Shown here: positions 38,337 to 51,560 of the stretch, piece after piece
How positions within the stretch are numbered: the stretch's first letter is position 1
Layout of the letters: each line of letters opens with the position of its first letter
Assembly: GCF_006345805.1 (NCBI RefSeq)
Contig: NC_043009.1
Span: 40,300,001-40,364,000 of the forward strand
Direction: 5' to 3'
Length of the DNA: 64,000 bases
Source: Octopus sinensis
Lineage: Eukaryota
Translations under genes and position numbers: made by a program
The notes under the pieces: generated by a model
Told to the model about the DNA's origin: nothing
Databases searched by the model: none
Seen by the model: the letters and a program-made list of their open reading frames with translations, nothing else

Positions 38337-41300
38337 ATGCTATCTGGAAAAGATAAATAACAGATATATGCTAGGGTTCATTATATCTGTTTCTCAGAAA
38401 ATGGCGGCTGCTTCTACGATTAAGGAAACTGCTTACTATTAAACTGAAATGGAAAAAAAAAAAAACCACGAGTGTGATATCATTATCTGATAATGGTTGT
38501 CACCCAGAGAAAACATATTTATCCTAAATATGTATTTAGGTTTGGGTGTGCGTGCGCGCGCGCGCGCGTGTGTGTGTATTTGTGTTGCTATGTCACTGAG
38601 ACTAAGTATATGTACAAATTCATTTATCTGCTTGTTAGTTGCTAGTTCTTATAAAAAAAAACATGCCACTGCTTTCGTTCATGATGACATGTAAGCTATC
38701 AGCCCTATGAACTGGGAGCTGTTCATTAAAAGATTAACAGATATGTAAGCAGAATGGCCGAGAAAGGAAAACGCATGCGTTGTGCAGAAAATATTTCCCA
38801 AAACAAATTAAAATATAATACAGTTAAGAAGTTAGGAACTATAAAAGAGATAGTAAAGCAAAACAAAAAAAAAAAGGGAGTGCTTAGTGCGTGTTTTCAT
38901 AAAACAAGCAACTACTGCAATGCAGTAGAAGTGTGCTTGTTTTCGCGAAAAACGATCTTTTATATTCAGAGCATGTATTCAATTTTATACGTGGAACTGG
39001 CTTTCAATGGTTTTGGAGGATAAAAATCGTTTAAAGTAGGGTTTCATCCCATGCGGTAAAAAAAAAAAAAATTTTATTCCAAGAATGAGAAATGCTAAAG
39101 AATTGATTCTATTGTTTAATTCTACACCACTCTGATGAGGCAAGCTTATGACAAGACGTTCTAACTGAAGGCTTCATGTCTATGTACATCGGTAATTGAA
39201 TTGTCACTTATTCTTATTATTTTAGATTTCAAGGATATCCGACTTCTACCTGTAGCATGTTCAAGAACTGTAGTAATGAGACATTTGAAATGATATACTT
39301 ATGTAATGGATAGACACCCAGCGCAATATGTTTTTCTGGAAACGAATGTTATTAGAAACGTGATATTGTTAAATAATATTACATCAGTCTATCAATGTAC
39401 ATTTTTGTTTGTCCAAAGTCACTTGATGGCTTCGGATAAACAGACCAGTGGTTTACTTCTCCTAGAATGCACACAGAGACGTTATCAATCTCGATTAGGT
39501 CAAATGGACGAAGGAATCTGATGCTGAAAAAGCTGAAGCCCCATAAGGCCCCACATACTATCATGATGCATCCCAGATCACTTGCGGTATATCTTGGAAG
39601 TAACCCCTCTTTTGTTCAGTGGCCTGGTATTTGTCCATTTTACACAATTTTTTGTCTCTCTTTTTTGAGGGTTTGAGGATCTATTTCCCAAAATACCAGG
39701 AATTAAAGTGTAGGCAGTGTTGAGTAGACCCTGCCCATGGTTTCTTTCTTGTATTATATTTCACATATTCCAAACCATATAACTACTATTGACTACAACT
39801 CTTACCAAATCGAGTCTAAACGCCATACTGAAGGAGGAAATATAGTTATTCAACTTGAATTATTAATTATTAACCAAATAGATAAACTTCGGTAAAAGTT
39901 AAGGTGTAAACATTATACTTCTTGAAAGCTTCTTCCTTAAGTTTATCATTTATTCAGAAGCCTAGAAATTATCTTAATGTAGAACCAAATACATATTTAG
40001 GTCCAATCAAATTTAGTCTTTGCAACAATTTTTTTTACTAAAACCCCTTATTTTATAAATATGGTGAAAAGTTTTGTGTGGTTGGCAGCCTGTCATTAAC
40101 AGAAAGCGAAATATCTACAAGAAAAAGAAAATGTGATTTCTTTTCTTTTTATCGTTTTAAATCTTGATGTAAAAACATTACTTATAGTGTGATCTGATAC
40201 AGTGTTATCGTCAAAGAATGGGTGTGAGTTGCCTGTCAACATCTGCTATCAGATGGCTGGCACTTGATCGATGATGTTCGTTCGTTCGTTCAATCGCAGA
40301 GATGCCAAAATAACTCTCATTGTGAAAGAAGCAGACAGTTGCTGGATTGACCTCCGGTTAATCTGAGCTGACATATCCATCAAAATCGCCCCAGAACGAA
40401 GATTTCGATAAAAGAAGCTCTGATGTACAATCAATATAGACATTTTAAGTGGTCCTGTGAAAAGAAACACGTTGCTACAGACTGTCAATGGGAAACTGAA
40501 ATTAGCCAAAATATTATCTATAAGAAGACAATTTCACTCCAAGCAAACGTCAAGTATGGTCTTATAATAAAGGCATTAGAGCACTAATAGTTGATTGGAA
40601 TATGGTTGTGCATGACCGATATAATGCTCTGAATATAGAATACAAGATGTCCGTCATGTAACACGTGAAGTTTCTGAAGTAATATAATACCAAAACATCA
40701 AGTGAAGTCTAGGATATTGTAGTATATTATGTTAACTGATACCATGAGCTTACCTGTCTTTAATCTACTAAGACAAAACTAGTAAGGTTCTCTAACGCAA
40801 TTATGACAACTGTAAGGGACACTGACCTACTGAGAGACTACTCTGAAGCAGATATATCAACTGCGGTAAAATAGTAAAATAACGAGTGCAGAGGAATTCA
40901 AATAAGAGCAATTACAAATTCATGGGTTAACTATGAAATGGAAATTACTGAGATTTGTTTCTATAGCAGTTATCAGGCTTCCATAACAACCTCGATATCT
41001 CATGGCTATTGCCGTATAACTGCTACGCAGGTATCTGGATTCGGTTAAACGATTACTGCATTGTTTCTGTAACAGTGAAAAAAAAACTCATAATAAAACA
41101 GAGGTGCTTCATAATGTGGGAACCGTGATAGAATCTCCAAAGTTTAGAATTAATCGTCTTCAGAACCCTCTGTCTTCATATTTAGCTTGATTGAATGCCA
41201 AATTAATGAAACAAAAAAATACAACAAAAAAAATCATGAATAAATAAGAAAAATAAATAGATCATAGTAGATACTAGTTGTTTCTCTCATTCAACATTGA

Positions 41301-41733
41301 AACACATTACAGAACACAGAAACATAAAACGATAAGCCACTTGTTTATCAATATACCTCGCTGAGTATTAAAAAAAAATCTTGACAAAGGCAATAACAAA
41401 AGCAACAGTACCAATGCAGTAAGAACAAACCAATAGATGACAACAAACCAAAATATTTTATCTTTTAAACAATTTTTTGTTAATAATAAATAAATACATT
41501 TAAATTTAATTTAAAGTTTGTAAGTTAAGGCAAGAGTAAAAAAAAAACGTTTCTATATTTGTATTTCCTAGAAGCTAAGATAAAACTCTATTTTTAATAT
41601 GAGCACGGAAATATCTGAATTTATAACACAACAGTTTTAATATTCTGTACTAAGAAAGTAGTTGTAACATAAGGTTCTTTGCAGAGATAAGTCTTATTAA
41701 TACAAGGCTGCAAATAAAACGGTGAGCTTGCAT

Positions 41734-42260
41734 AATCGTTAGCACGCCGGGAAAAATACTTAGCAATCGTTAGCACGCCAAGTAAAATAGTTAGCAATCG
41801 TTAGCAGGCCGGGCAGAATAGTTAGCAATCGTTAGCAGGCCGGGTAAAATACTTAGCAATCGTTAGCACACCGAGTAAAATAGTTAGCAATCGTTAGCAC
41901 ACCAAGTAAAATACTTAGCAATCGTTAGCACGCCGAGCAAAATACTTAGCAATCGTTAGCACGCCGGGCAAAATACTTAGCAATCGTTAGCACGCCGAGT
42001 AGAATAGTTAGCAATCGTTAGCACGCCGAGCAAAATACTTAGCAATCGATAGCACGCCGAGCAAAATACTTAGCAATAGTTAGCACGCCGGCCAAAATAC
42101 TTAGCAATCGTTAGCACGCCGAGTAAAATAGTTAGCAATCGTTAGCACGCCGGGCAAAATACTTAGCAATCGTTAGCGCGCCGGGCAAAATACTTAGCAA
42201 TCGTTAGCACGCCGAGTAAAATAGTTAGCAATCGTTAGCACGCGCAGTAAAATAGTTGGC
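41734..42260 (+). repeat. Minisatellite, 17 x 31 bp, amplified from a family B SINE head
   Basis: Consensus AATCGTTAGCACGCCGRGYAAAATASTTAGC. It is preceded by GGTGAGCTTGCAT and followed by the rest of the SINE (GGCATTTCGTCC...GAGTTCAAATTC, to about 42430). Confidence 0.95.
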
Positions 42261-42506
42261 GGCATTTCGTCCGTCTTTACGCTCTGAGTTCAAATTCTGC
42301 CGGTATAGACTTTGCCTTTCATCCTCTCAGGGTCGATGAAATAAGCAGCAGCTTATCACTGGGGGTGATGCAATCGCCTTACCCCTTTCCGTGAATTTGA
42401 TGGCCTTGTACCAAAATACGAAACCAATATAAGGTTGTAAATTTTTAGATTTTATTTTTTTTCTTTAGACAGTCATGGGCAATCTGGGTCCAGCGGTACT
42501 TTTTAA

Positions 42507-42930
42507 ATGACACGCCAAACGAAAAATTACCATGAATTTTTCTTAAACAGTGGGACCTGACTGATGATGCTACATGTCTAATGCGGTCCACTTTTCGGAA
42601 AAGCTTCCCTTTGCCTAATTTAAGGGATTCCGATAATCATAAACATTTTAAAACATCTTTCGAATCTTTTTATTCAAGAGAGAAGATAATAACTCTGAGT
42701 ATTTAATGGGCTTTAGAGACTAGTGGATATGAGTAAAGAAGGTATCCTCAAACCGAATATCTGGACCAAATGTTTGCAACAGAGAGCAGGTGATAGCGTT
42801 AAACCTGGCGATAACTTCAATCTACCACTCAAGTAGACCATGGTAGAAAATTGAACTAAGGACGCAAATAGTCGAAACAGGTCCCACTGTTTAAGAAAAA
42901 TTCATGGTAATTTTTCGTTTGGCGTGTCAT
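42507..42930. other. Segment bounded by perfect 53-bp inverted repeats
   Basis: 42507-42559 is the exact reverse complement of 42878-42930; 318-bp spacer; no TSD seen. Confidence 0.92.
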
Positions 42931-45489
42931 CTGATCTGACGTTCTTAAAAATATGTCAATTCAATGCACTAAATTGCTAAAGGTAATAGACTTCGGCAGG
43001 GTTTGAACTCGGAGCAGAGAGGTTTGTAACAAGTACCGAGAGGCATTATATCCAATGCTCTGATTATTCTGCCAATCTACTTCTTAATGTTGATCAGGTC
43101 ACTAGTAAACTGAAAACTGAACAATATCCGTGTTAACGATGTCATTTAAGAGATTGTCAATAGAATTTTCTTAGTTTCCAATTATAGTTTTCTCAAAATA
43201 ATCCCTAGGATTAGAATAACCGATTTAGATTTATAACTAGGAAGATTTTTTTGTTTTGTTTTGCGGGTTACATTTACATTTTTGCCATTAATATGATGGA
43301 GTCAATATTTATTTCAGCCGCATGCTGAGAACTAAATAGAGATGTTTAAAGAAGAGATTGAGCAGAGATTTCAACAGATCAGCTTGAATTGATCTGTATA
43401 GTATTAATGTTGCATTTTAATTTTTCTTTACTTTTTTCTTTTCTTTCCGTTTTTTTTTTGTTCATTCCATTTCTCTCGGTTCTTCGATCACACGAAGTAG
43501 ACCTTGTAGATATTTGCATTTGATCATCCAGGCGAAAATGTTTAAAAGCAAAATGGAGGAAAACATCAGGATTCAAACCCTTAATGTATTCAATATAGAT
43601 GTTAGTAATTAAGTATCTAATTAAGAAATATTTGATTAACTAATGCGTACATTAAAAGCTATAGGCTGAAGCATTTGTTGTGTTATAACATATCAAGTTA
43701 GTGTTAACTAATTTGAAATACGTAATATTTGGAGAAATAACTGAACTGGAGATTTTGTGGAAAACAGTAGCATATATTTGCCAAGTAAAATCCGCAACAT
43801 TGATTTTGCTGTCTGAAACATCAATGTTATTTTGATGGTGCCGATCGACTTCATAATCTCTCTTATGTTCATGAAAGAACATAGAACCCCTTGAGGTACA
43901 CTCACTGAGAATTCTCCCATACTTGAAAGAAAGTCGATTATATAGCTGCAATTATAGATCTGAGTAAAACTGTGTGATGTATGAATTAAATCAGTAACTG
44001 TGGCGATCTCAACAGGACACAAACAGTCGGAATTCCACAAAGTTTACTTTGTTCTTAAAGCGATCACGTTTCTGTCATTCAATTTTTCATATAGTTTAGT
44101 ATTACTCGTCAAAGTTAAGTCGTTTATATATCTTAACCATTTCCACACAGCAGCTTTATTTCGTGTTAATACGGAACAGGGTTATACAAATAAAATCTTA
44201 TTTGTGCTCTGTTTCCATTTCATGCTTCAATCAGATTTTACCCTTAGATAATTAACCCTGAGTTACCAATTCCAAAGCATTAGGCCAGTGCTGTTAGACC
44301 CTCTTTCTATGAAAGAAACAAAACTATAAAACGTGTTCCCAACTGTTTCTCCAAAATTGTGTTTTGGGTTTGTAGAAATCGAATTGTTTCTTCAGCTGGC
44401 TTTAATATTGAACAAAGAATTTCAAAATTACATACTCTTTGGTTTAATAGCCATCACAGAACTACTCACTCAGAATTGATTTACGGCTGAACAACAACCT
44501 TGTATCTAAATTGTTTCAAGTTTTGGTACAAGGCCAACGATTTTCAGAGAAGGGTATTGGTCGATACAATCTTTACTGGTACTTTACAGTAGCTTCGCAA
44601 TAATTTACTGGTTCTTTAATCGTACTTTAATTAATTGGCCCCGACAGGAGGGAAAGAAAGGTAATCTCGGCGATTTGAACTCAGTACTTTACTAAGTAGA
44701 AGAATAAGCAATAAGTGAATAACACTGTGTAACATAATTTTAATTTTTTTGTTTTTTGTTTTTGGTCAGTAAGTGTTATTTCCTATTTGCTTCTATATAC
44801 AAATCAAAGGAAATGACTACTAGCCTCTTCAAACGTTGCTTTTTTTACCTGGATATCAATGTTTTCAAACTGATCTTTTTTCCATTACATTTCAGATAGA
44901 TTCGGCGCTGAGTTACAGAAGCAGAAATATCGTTATAGCAAACATTATGCTCAATACCACAGCTTTGCTTGTCAGTTGCTTGACCATACCCATTTGAGCA
45001 CGTACCTTAGTGGCTGGTAATATGTGTATCTCTAATGATGAGCAGGAATAGTGGGGTAGCATCATGGCCATGTGTCGAGAAGTATTCTTTGGGGTTTGAA
45101 TAAATGTATCAAATAAAAATTTGAAGGAAATATTAACTATTTACCATACTTTCTAGGGTTAAGTAACTAGGAAATAATAGTTGCTGCCCAAGGACAAAAA
45201 TTATGTTACACAGTGTAATCAATCTTTTTTTATTAACCTGCCCCACACAAATAACTGGTATTATATACCTCCTCACGTGCAAACAACTGTAAATATAACT
45301 ATAGCCCAGTACTTAGCAAATACTTTATTTTATCGACCACGAAAGGATGAAAGGCAAAATTAATCTCAGCGAGATTTGAACTCAGAACGTAGTGAGCAAA
45401 GGCAGGAGCACCAAATATTGACAGATGCATCAACGAGTTTGCCAGCCTATCACCTTAACCGTATGTCTGAATTAGAAACCATTATTTTT

Positions 45490-46090
45490 GTCGCTGCCAG
45501 AGTGTTGTTGTTAAACCCAGGGTAATCTTCATCCAGCAGATCTATGATCAAAATCATATTTAGGATTGTATTAACAGTGCTCACTTCTTGTTTTAAGATA
45601 TTACGGTGTGATTTCAAGGAGATTTAGCTGTTATTTCTAGCAAAGAGAGATAGAGAGAGTGATTGTGCAAAGACAACATCATAGCCCATTTGATAGAACA
45701 TCAGACACTTTTTACTACGAATCATTGTCGTTTGGCCCCTAACTAATCTCTGATCAAGCAGATATTTCAATCATAACCATCTCCATATTTTGTTTTTCAG
45801 ATACCCTACTTTTCCAAGAACACATTGCGTAGCGTGCCTTTTTTTCGAACAATATGTGTGATTTGATGGATATTTGGTTGCTATTTCTAGCAAATTTAGC
45901 ATCCACATAAAGGCTTCTCGGTTTGATTAATTCTGAGTAGATCTTTGATCAAAGGCATTCCAACTGTGGTCGTGCTGATATTCTTTCCTGTGTATCAAAG
46001 GCTACATTGTCAGTGTGCTCCTTGTATCTTGTTTAAGTCGAGAGAGAGAGAGCATTTGAGGTAAATTTTAACTACTATTTCTACCAGAAT
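45490..46090 (+). repeat. Three adjacent diverged copies of a short interspersed repeat
   Basis: The pattern GATCT(A/T)TGATCAAA...GATTT(A/G)G(C/T)TG(T/C)TATTTCTAGC recurs. Related fragments lie near 1.5, 18.4 and 28.6 kb. Confidence 0.55.
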
Positions 46091-46479
46091 AATCGATAAT
46101 TATCGGACTCCCTCCAGCGTGCCTACAAGCGTGCTGTCCCCTCCCTGCCTTGTTATTGCTACAGTAATAGCGTTTATTCCTTGGGTCTGACTGGTTTCTT
46201 ACCTCCAGCACACGATTACTTTCGATCCACGTGTCTTTGGCTCCACTCTCTGTTAGCGCGTTCATTTCCCTCGACTCTGCACTAACCCTGTTTTTCCCCC
46301 GTCCCTTTTCCTCTATAGAAGCTTTTATCTTTTCCCTCATAACTTTTCTGCAAGTGATAATGTGCAACAATTTAAACGGAACATTAATGGCGTCATGCTC
46401 ACTAGTCTCAGAGGCTCTGCAAATATCATGAATAATGATTCTTTTCCCAGACTCCACAAACAAAATGAATTTAAAAAAT

Positions 46480-46840
46480 TATATCGCGGCTTCCTCGTTG
46501 GTTCCAGCGTTATTAGTTATTAGAAATAGTGAAAATATGAAAGAATTGCAAGTAACGCCATAGGAAGATATTAAAGGTAGTATGTAAATACAGGGACGAT
46601 ACAAAAATACAGGCTGAAATATACAGGCCAGTGCTGGCGTTACAAGGGGAAGTTGGTAGCTGAAGAGGTTCTGTTGCAACCTGCTCGTGGTAAATAAGGT
46701 AGAGGTAGACCACCAAGAGACTACATTAAGCAACTGGTGAAATACACTGGATGCACTACCCAAGAGCTTTGGGTGACAGAAAGGAATGGAAGACACGAAT
46801 CACGAATTCCAAAAAAATTCTCGATCTGATAACTAAGTAA
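46480..46840 (+). mobile_element. RTE-clade LINE 3' end
   Basis: RLKYTGQCWRYKGKLVAEEVLLQPARGK*GRGRPPRDYIKQLVKYTG; ends in a (TAAGTAAC)-like tandem tail. Confidence 0.8.
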
Positions 46841-46908
46841 CTAAGTCCCTCACACAGATTGATACAGGTATGTTCATATATGTATCTAAGTATATATGCT
46901 TATATATA

Positions 46909-47987
46909 CAGGGTGCGTAAGATATTTAAGGACTAATTTATGTTTATATAAAAAAAACAGATATATAATAACAAAAATTTATTTATCAAAAAATGCTATG
47001 AGAATAAAAATAACCCTTTTCTAAAATGTCATTCAATAAACCCACCTTCAGCTTCAACAGCTGCTTCTATCTGAGATCTAAATCATCTACATGGTCGAAT
47101 CAAATGGTCCTGGTTCATTTTGGACATTACTGTGACTACGGTAGCCTTCTAAGAAACTTTGGTGTTATGGGTGTGTTCATTGACCTTTCTCTCAACAATG
47201 ATCCATATGTAATAGTCCAATGGATTGAGATCTGGGGAATTAGGAAGCCAAATGTTAGGGATTATGTGATCAGGAAATTTTTCAACCATCCATTCCTGTG
47301 TTACTAGAGCCATGTGTGATAGTGCAGATACTTACTGAAACACATATAGCCTTCCATTGCATACACTCTGTATCCAGGGCTTAACTATTTCAGGACCTCA
47401 AAGTAGGAGACAGAGTTAACTATAAGATGTTGTGTAAAGAAGTAAGGAGGAATCACATGTCCTTCATTGCTGACAACTCTTAAAAGCATGACAGTTGCAG
47501 GAAATTTTGTATGTATCTGTCATTTCTTCTGTTAATTTGATCTTGGTCGAAGTTTTTTTCGTTTCAGAAAAACCAAATCAAATCTTCTGCTGGATTTTTC
47601 AGTTTGTTTAAGAGCCTTTTAAATCTGATGTAGTGATTTTCTTTTGCTTTTTCTGACATATTGACCTTTCCTCATTATATAAAGCTGATGTCTTCGTGGA
47701 ACTTGCTGGATAATTTCAGGTGTTTAGAATGCTTTTTATGCTTTGATACTGGTGATACGTTTCCATTTTCAGTCTCTAGCTCCTTACAAACATTGTAGAC
47801 GCAAGATCTAGCAACTGTTAAAAATCGAGATATTTCTAAATTGCTATTCTCGGCCTTTATAACCACAATAACAGCATGCCTCTTCATTTCTTGAGTAAGC
47901 TGAGAGTTTGCCATTATTATTTTCTGAAACAAAGATTATACAGAGTTAGCAAAAAAATGTATGTCCTCAAATAACTTACGCACCCTG
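46909..47987 (-). mobile_element. Decayed maT/DD37D-like Tc1-mariner element with both TIRs
   Basis: TIRs TA-CAGGGTGCGTAAG and CTTACGCACCCTG-TT. Minus strand N-terminus MKRHAVIVVIKAENSNLEISRFL, C-terminus WLPNSPDLNPLDYY...IEAAVEAEGGFIE*. Confidence 0.88.
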
Positions 47988-48382
47988 TTTATGCGTGTGT
48001 GTGCGTGTGTGTGTGCGTGTGCTTAAGTGTATGCATGTGTGTGGGGTGCTATTTCTTAGCTCTTCTGATGAGTACCCTGATTGGTTTATACTAAACTCTC
48101 GTGTACGAAACGGATTGTAAATTCGGCTGAAAAATACTGTATTGTATAAATATTGGTTTCAAATTTTATACAAAAGGCCTGCAATTCCCGGACCAGTGAC
48201 GTTAAGTCGATTGCATCGACCACAGTGTTCAACTGGTACTTAATTTATCAACCTTAAAAGGATCAAAGGCAAAGTCGATCTCGATGGAATTTGGACTCAG
48301 AACTTTAGGGCGAGCGAAATGCTCACCAACTTGCCGCATATTTGCATTGTATATATAATAATAATAACCATACGGATATGCA

Positions 48383-48722
48383 TGCGTAGGGTAAAGGGTA
48401 AATACACTCTTTGATCATGAATGACCATGGGACTCCTCCTAGAAAGTTCCCCTTCGAGGCACAAGTCCGGCCAAGGTGGTTTATGGAAGACCAGCAGTCA
48501 CCCATGCATATCAGCCTCCCGTCTCCACAGCACCGATGTTGTCCAAGGGTAAGGTAAAGGCCATATACAGCTTGGCACCTGTGACGTAGCAACTCATTTC
48601 CACAGCTGGAGCAACGTGAAATAAAGTGTCTAGATCAAGAACACAACACACAACCCGGTCCGAGAATAGAACTCACCACCTCATGATTGTGAACTCGACG
48701 TTCCAACCACTGAGCCAAGCGC
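48383..48722 (-). mobile_element. Family D-type SINE head and core with a third type of 3' tail
   Basis: Minus strand reads TGGCTCAGTGG...GAGTTCTATTC...TTGTGTTCTTGATCTAGACACTTTATTTCACGTTGCTCCAG, then a different tail. Confidence 0.7.
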
Positions 48723-48739
48723 GATATCCATATGTATTG

Positions 48740-49070
48740 CTTTATCTTCTATCTCTTATCGTACTTAATTTTGGTAAGCCTCGTACATCTATCTGTATTT
48801 TCTGTCGAACCGCTAAGTTATGAAACCGTAAAGACACCATCACTCGTTGTAAAACGGTGGTGGAGGAACAAACACATACACAAAAACACGCATATACACA
48901 CACACACACACACATATGTATGATGGGCTTCTTTTAGTTTCCGTCTACCAAGTCCGCTCACAAGGCTTTTGTCAGCCCAAGGCTATAGTAGAATACTCTT
49001 GCCCAAAGTATGACGCAGTGGGTCTGAACCAGGAAGCAGAAGGCTGTAAAACAAGCGTCCTACCATACGG
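48740..49070 (-). mobile_element. SINE family A, old diverged copy
   Basis: GAACCGCTAAGTTA..., TTTCCGTCTACCAAG, CAAGGCTATAGTAGAA, TTGCCCAA. Confidence 0.75.
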
Positions 49071-49888
49071 CCATATATATATATATATGTGTATATATAT
49101 ATATATATATTATATATATATATATATAATATATATATATATATATACATATATATATGTATGTATGAATATATATGTATATGTATATAGATAGATAGGT
49201 TGATAGATATTAGTAATGTCTGTGTGTTGTGTATGCAAACATTCATATCATGAATACAGGAACTTTTTCTTTTTTCAGGAAATACAACTTTCAGCTATGA
49301 AAATGTTTCCTATTTAAATTATGAAAAGCGAACACAGGACACCTAAAGGTTGGTAAAGGGTTAGAAAAATAGCAAATAAGTGAAATAAATCTTTTGAAAT
49401 TGCTATTTACTTGGCTCTGTAGAAGATTAACAACGGCTGTACTTCACAAGAGCAGTTATTCATAAATACATAATCTTCATCTCGTTCAATCGACTTTCTT
49501 ATAAGATTCTTTATTGACAGAAACGAATTTTGTGTACCCCCTGCTTCCTTTAAATATTCCTTGCCTCTTATTTACTGTTCTAACAGTTTTTTTCATGTTT
49601 TCTGTCTTGATTTTCTTGTGCACTTTTGTGTGTATGTGTGTATCTATGTGTGTGTATCTTAAATCCCCGCCGAGGTTTCACAGCACATTTCTTCTTTCTT
49701 ATCTTACAAGTTTTCTCTCTACAGAATTTTTGCGGTTTATTTATTAATTTTATTACTTCTTTTTTTTTTAGTAAATATATGTGTTACGTGTAATCTTGCT
49801 GTGTTCGTAAACGTGTGTGCAAATTATAAGTGTATGTGTGTGTAAGTGCACTTACGTGTGTAATGGTGTAAAATGTAATTTGTTAACA

Positions 49889-49949
<61 letters not shown>

Positions 49950-50399
49950 GTATGTGTGTGTACGTGTGAACGTTCGTGGGTTTGAGTGTACACCAGTCTG
50001 TTAGGACTCATGCGCGTGAGTAACGAACGAGTGTTTACTTTCTTTGTAACGTATGCATACATATTTGCTTTCTTCTTCTAAACTCACAAACCCTCCACCA
50101 AGAAAATAAAAGAATACACACACACACACACATACATATACATATATATGTAATTTCTACATTCCATGTTTGCCTTCGAAGCGACATCAACTACATGGGA
50201 ATAACAAATGCAAATTATGCTCTTTCTTTCAGAGAATTTTTTTTTCCTCTCTGTTTGGAAACGAAACTTGCCAATTTACTCAGTAAATAAAAAGAAAGGA
50301 AGAATTCAGTCGAATCTTCTTCCTCTTTCTTCTTTTCCTTCATCACTGCTACAACTAGAGAGATGAAACTTTTCATTCATGATGAATGCAGCATTTTTA

Positions 50400-51560
50400 T
50401 TTTCATTGTTGTGGAGAGATAGTAGAGGTTGTTGTGCGGTAGTGGTGGTGATGATGTTAGTGCTGTTTTGGTGTTGTGGTTCTGATAGTGTTGCAAAGGT
50501 GGTGTTGTATTTGTGCTGTAGTGGTATAGTGAATATGGTTGTTGTGAGGTGGTTGGGGTGTTAATAGTGGTGTCGTTGTTGTGGTGTTGATGCTGAAGGT
50601 GAAAGTGTGGTAGAGTTTATTTATTAGTGGTGACTGATTTTTTGGTGATGTAGCAGCTATTATGTTGGTGATGCAGTGTTGTGGCAGTGTTCTGATGGTA
50701 GTGGTGGTGGTGGTTGTGGTATTGTGCTGTGATGTGGTTGGTGGTGTTGGTAGTTGTGATAACAGTGGTGGTTGAAACTGGTGGTGGTGGTGGTGTTGGT
50801 CGTAGTGTTGGTCGTGGTTGTGGTGGTGGTGGTGGTGGTGGTAGTGGTGATAGTTGGTGCTGGTAGTGGAGTTGATAGCGGTGATGTTGCTGGTGGTGAT
50901 GTTGATGTTGGTGACGATCTCGGTGGTGGTAGTGGTGATGTTGGTGGTTGATGTTGTTGTTGCTGTTGTTGTGGTGGTGTGGTGGTGGTGGTGTTGGTCG
51001 TAGTGTTGGTCGTGGTGGTGGTGGTGGTGGTGGTGGTGGTGGTGGTGGTAGTGGTGATAGTTGGTGCTGGTAGTGGAGTTGATAGCGGTGATGTTGCTGG
51101 TGGTGATGTTGATGTTGGTGACGATCTCGGTGGTGGCAGTGGTGATGTTGGTAGTTGATGTTGTTGTTGTTGTTGTTGTGGTGGTGGTGGTGGTGGTGTT
51201 GGTTTTGATGGTGGTTGTTGATATTGATAGTATTGGTGATGGTAGTGATGATAGTGGTGCTATGGATGGTGGTGGTGGTGGTTTTGATGGTGGTGTTTGA
51301 TATTGATAGTGTTGGTGATGGTAGTGATGATGGTGGTGATGGTGGTGGTGATAATGGCGATATTTGGTGGCTAATGTTGATGAAGTTCTTGGTGATGATG
51401 ATATTGGAGGTGGCAGTGATGGTGGTGGTTGCTGCTGGTGGTGTGATGATCTTTATGGTGGTGATGATGATGTTGATGCTAATGAAGCTGAGGGTGACGG
51501 CGGTGATGCTGGTTGTTGACGTTGGTGCAGTATTCTTGCTCTAGATACTATTGTTGTCGT
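50400..51560. repeat. Long degenerate (GGT/GTT/GAT)n region with a 198-bp internal duplication
   Basis: Directly visible; GTTGGTCGTAGTGTTGGTCG occurs at 50795 and 50993. Confidence 0.9.

Noticed and set aside
38401-38445. AAAATGGCGGC YY1/Kozak-like motif after a 10-bp hairpin
   Set aside because: The frame stops after 13 codons and there is no other promoter evidence.
39131-39165. CTGATGAG hammerhead-like start
   Set aside because: No GAAA core and no stem I pairing.
41734-42260. CRISPR-like regular repeats
   Set aside because: Units are contiguous with no unique spacers, there are no cas genes, and the unit derives from a SINE head.
43652-44040. Two overlapping 99-110 aa minus-strand ORFs
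   Set aside because: No recognisable domain or splice context; the length is within chance range.
46068-46463. 131-aa minus-strand ORF
   Set aside because: No recognisable homology; it lies between repeat fragments.
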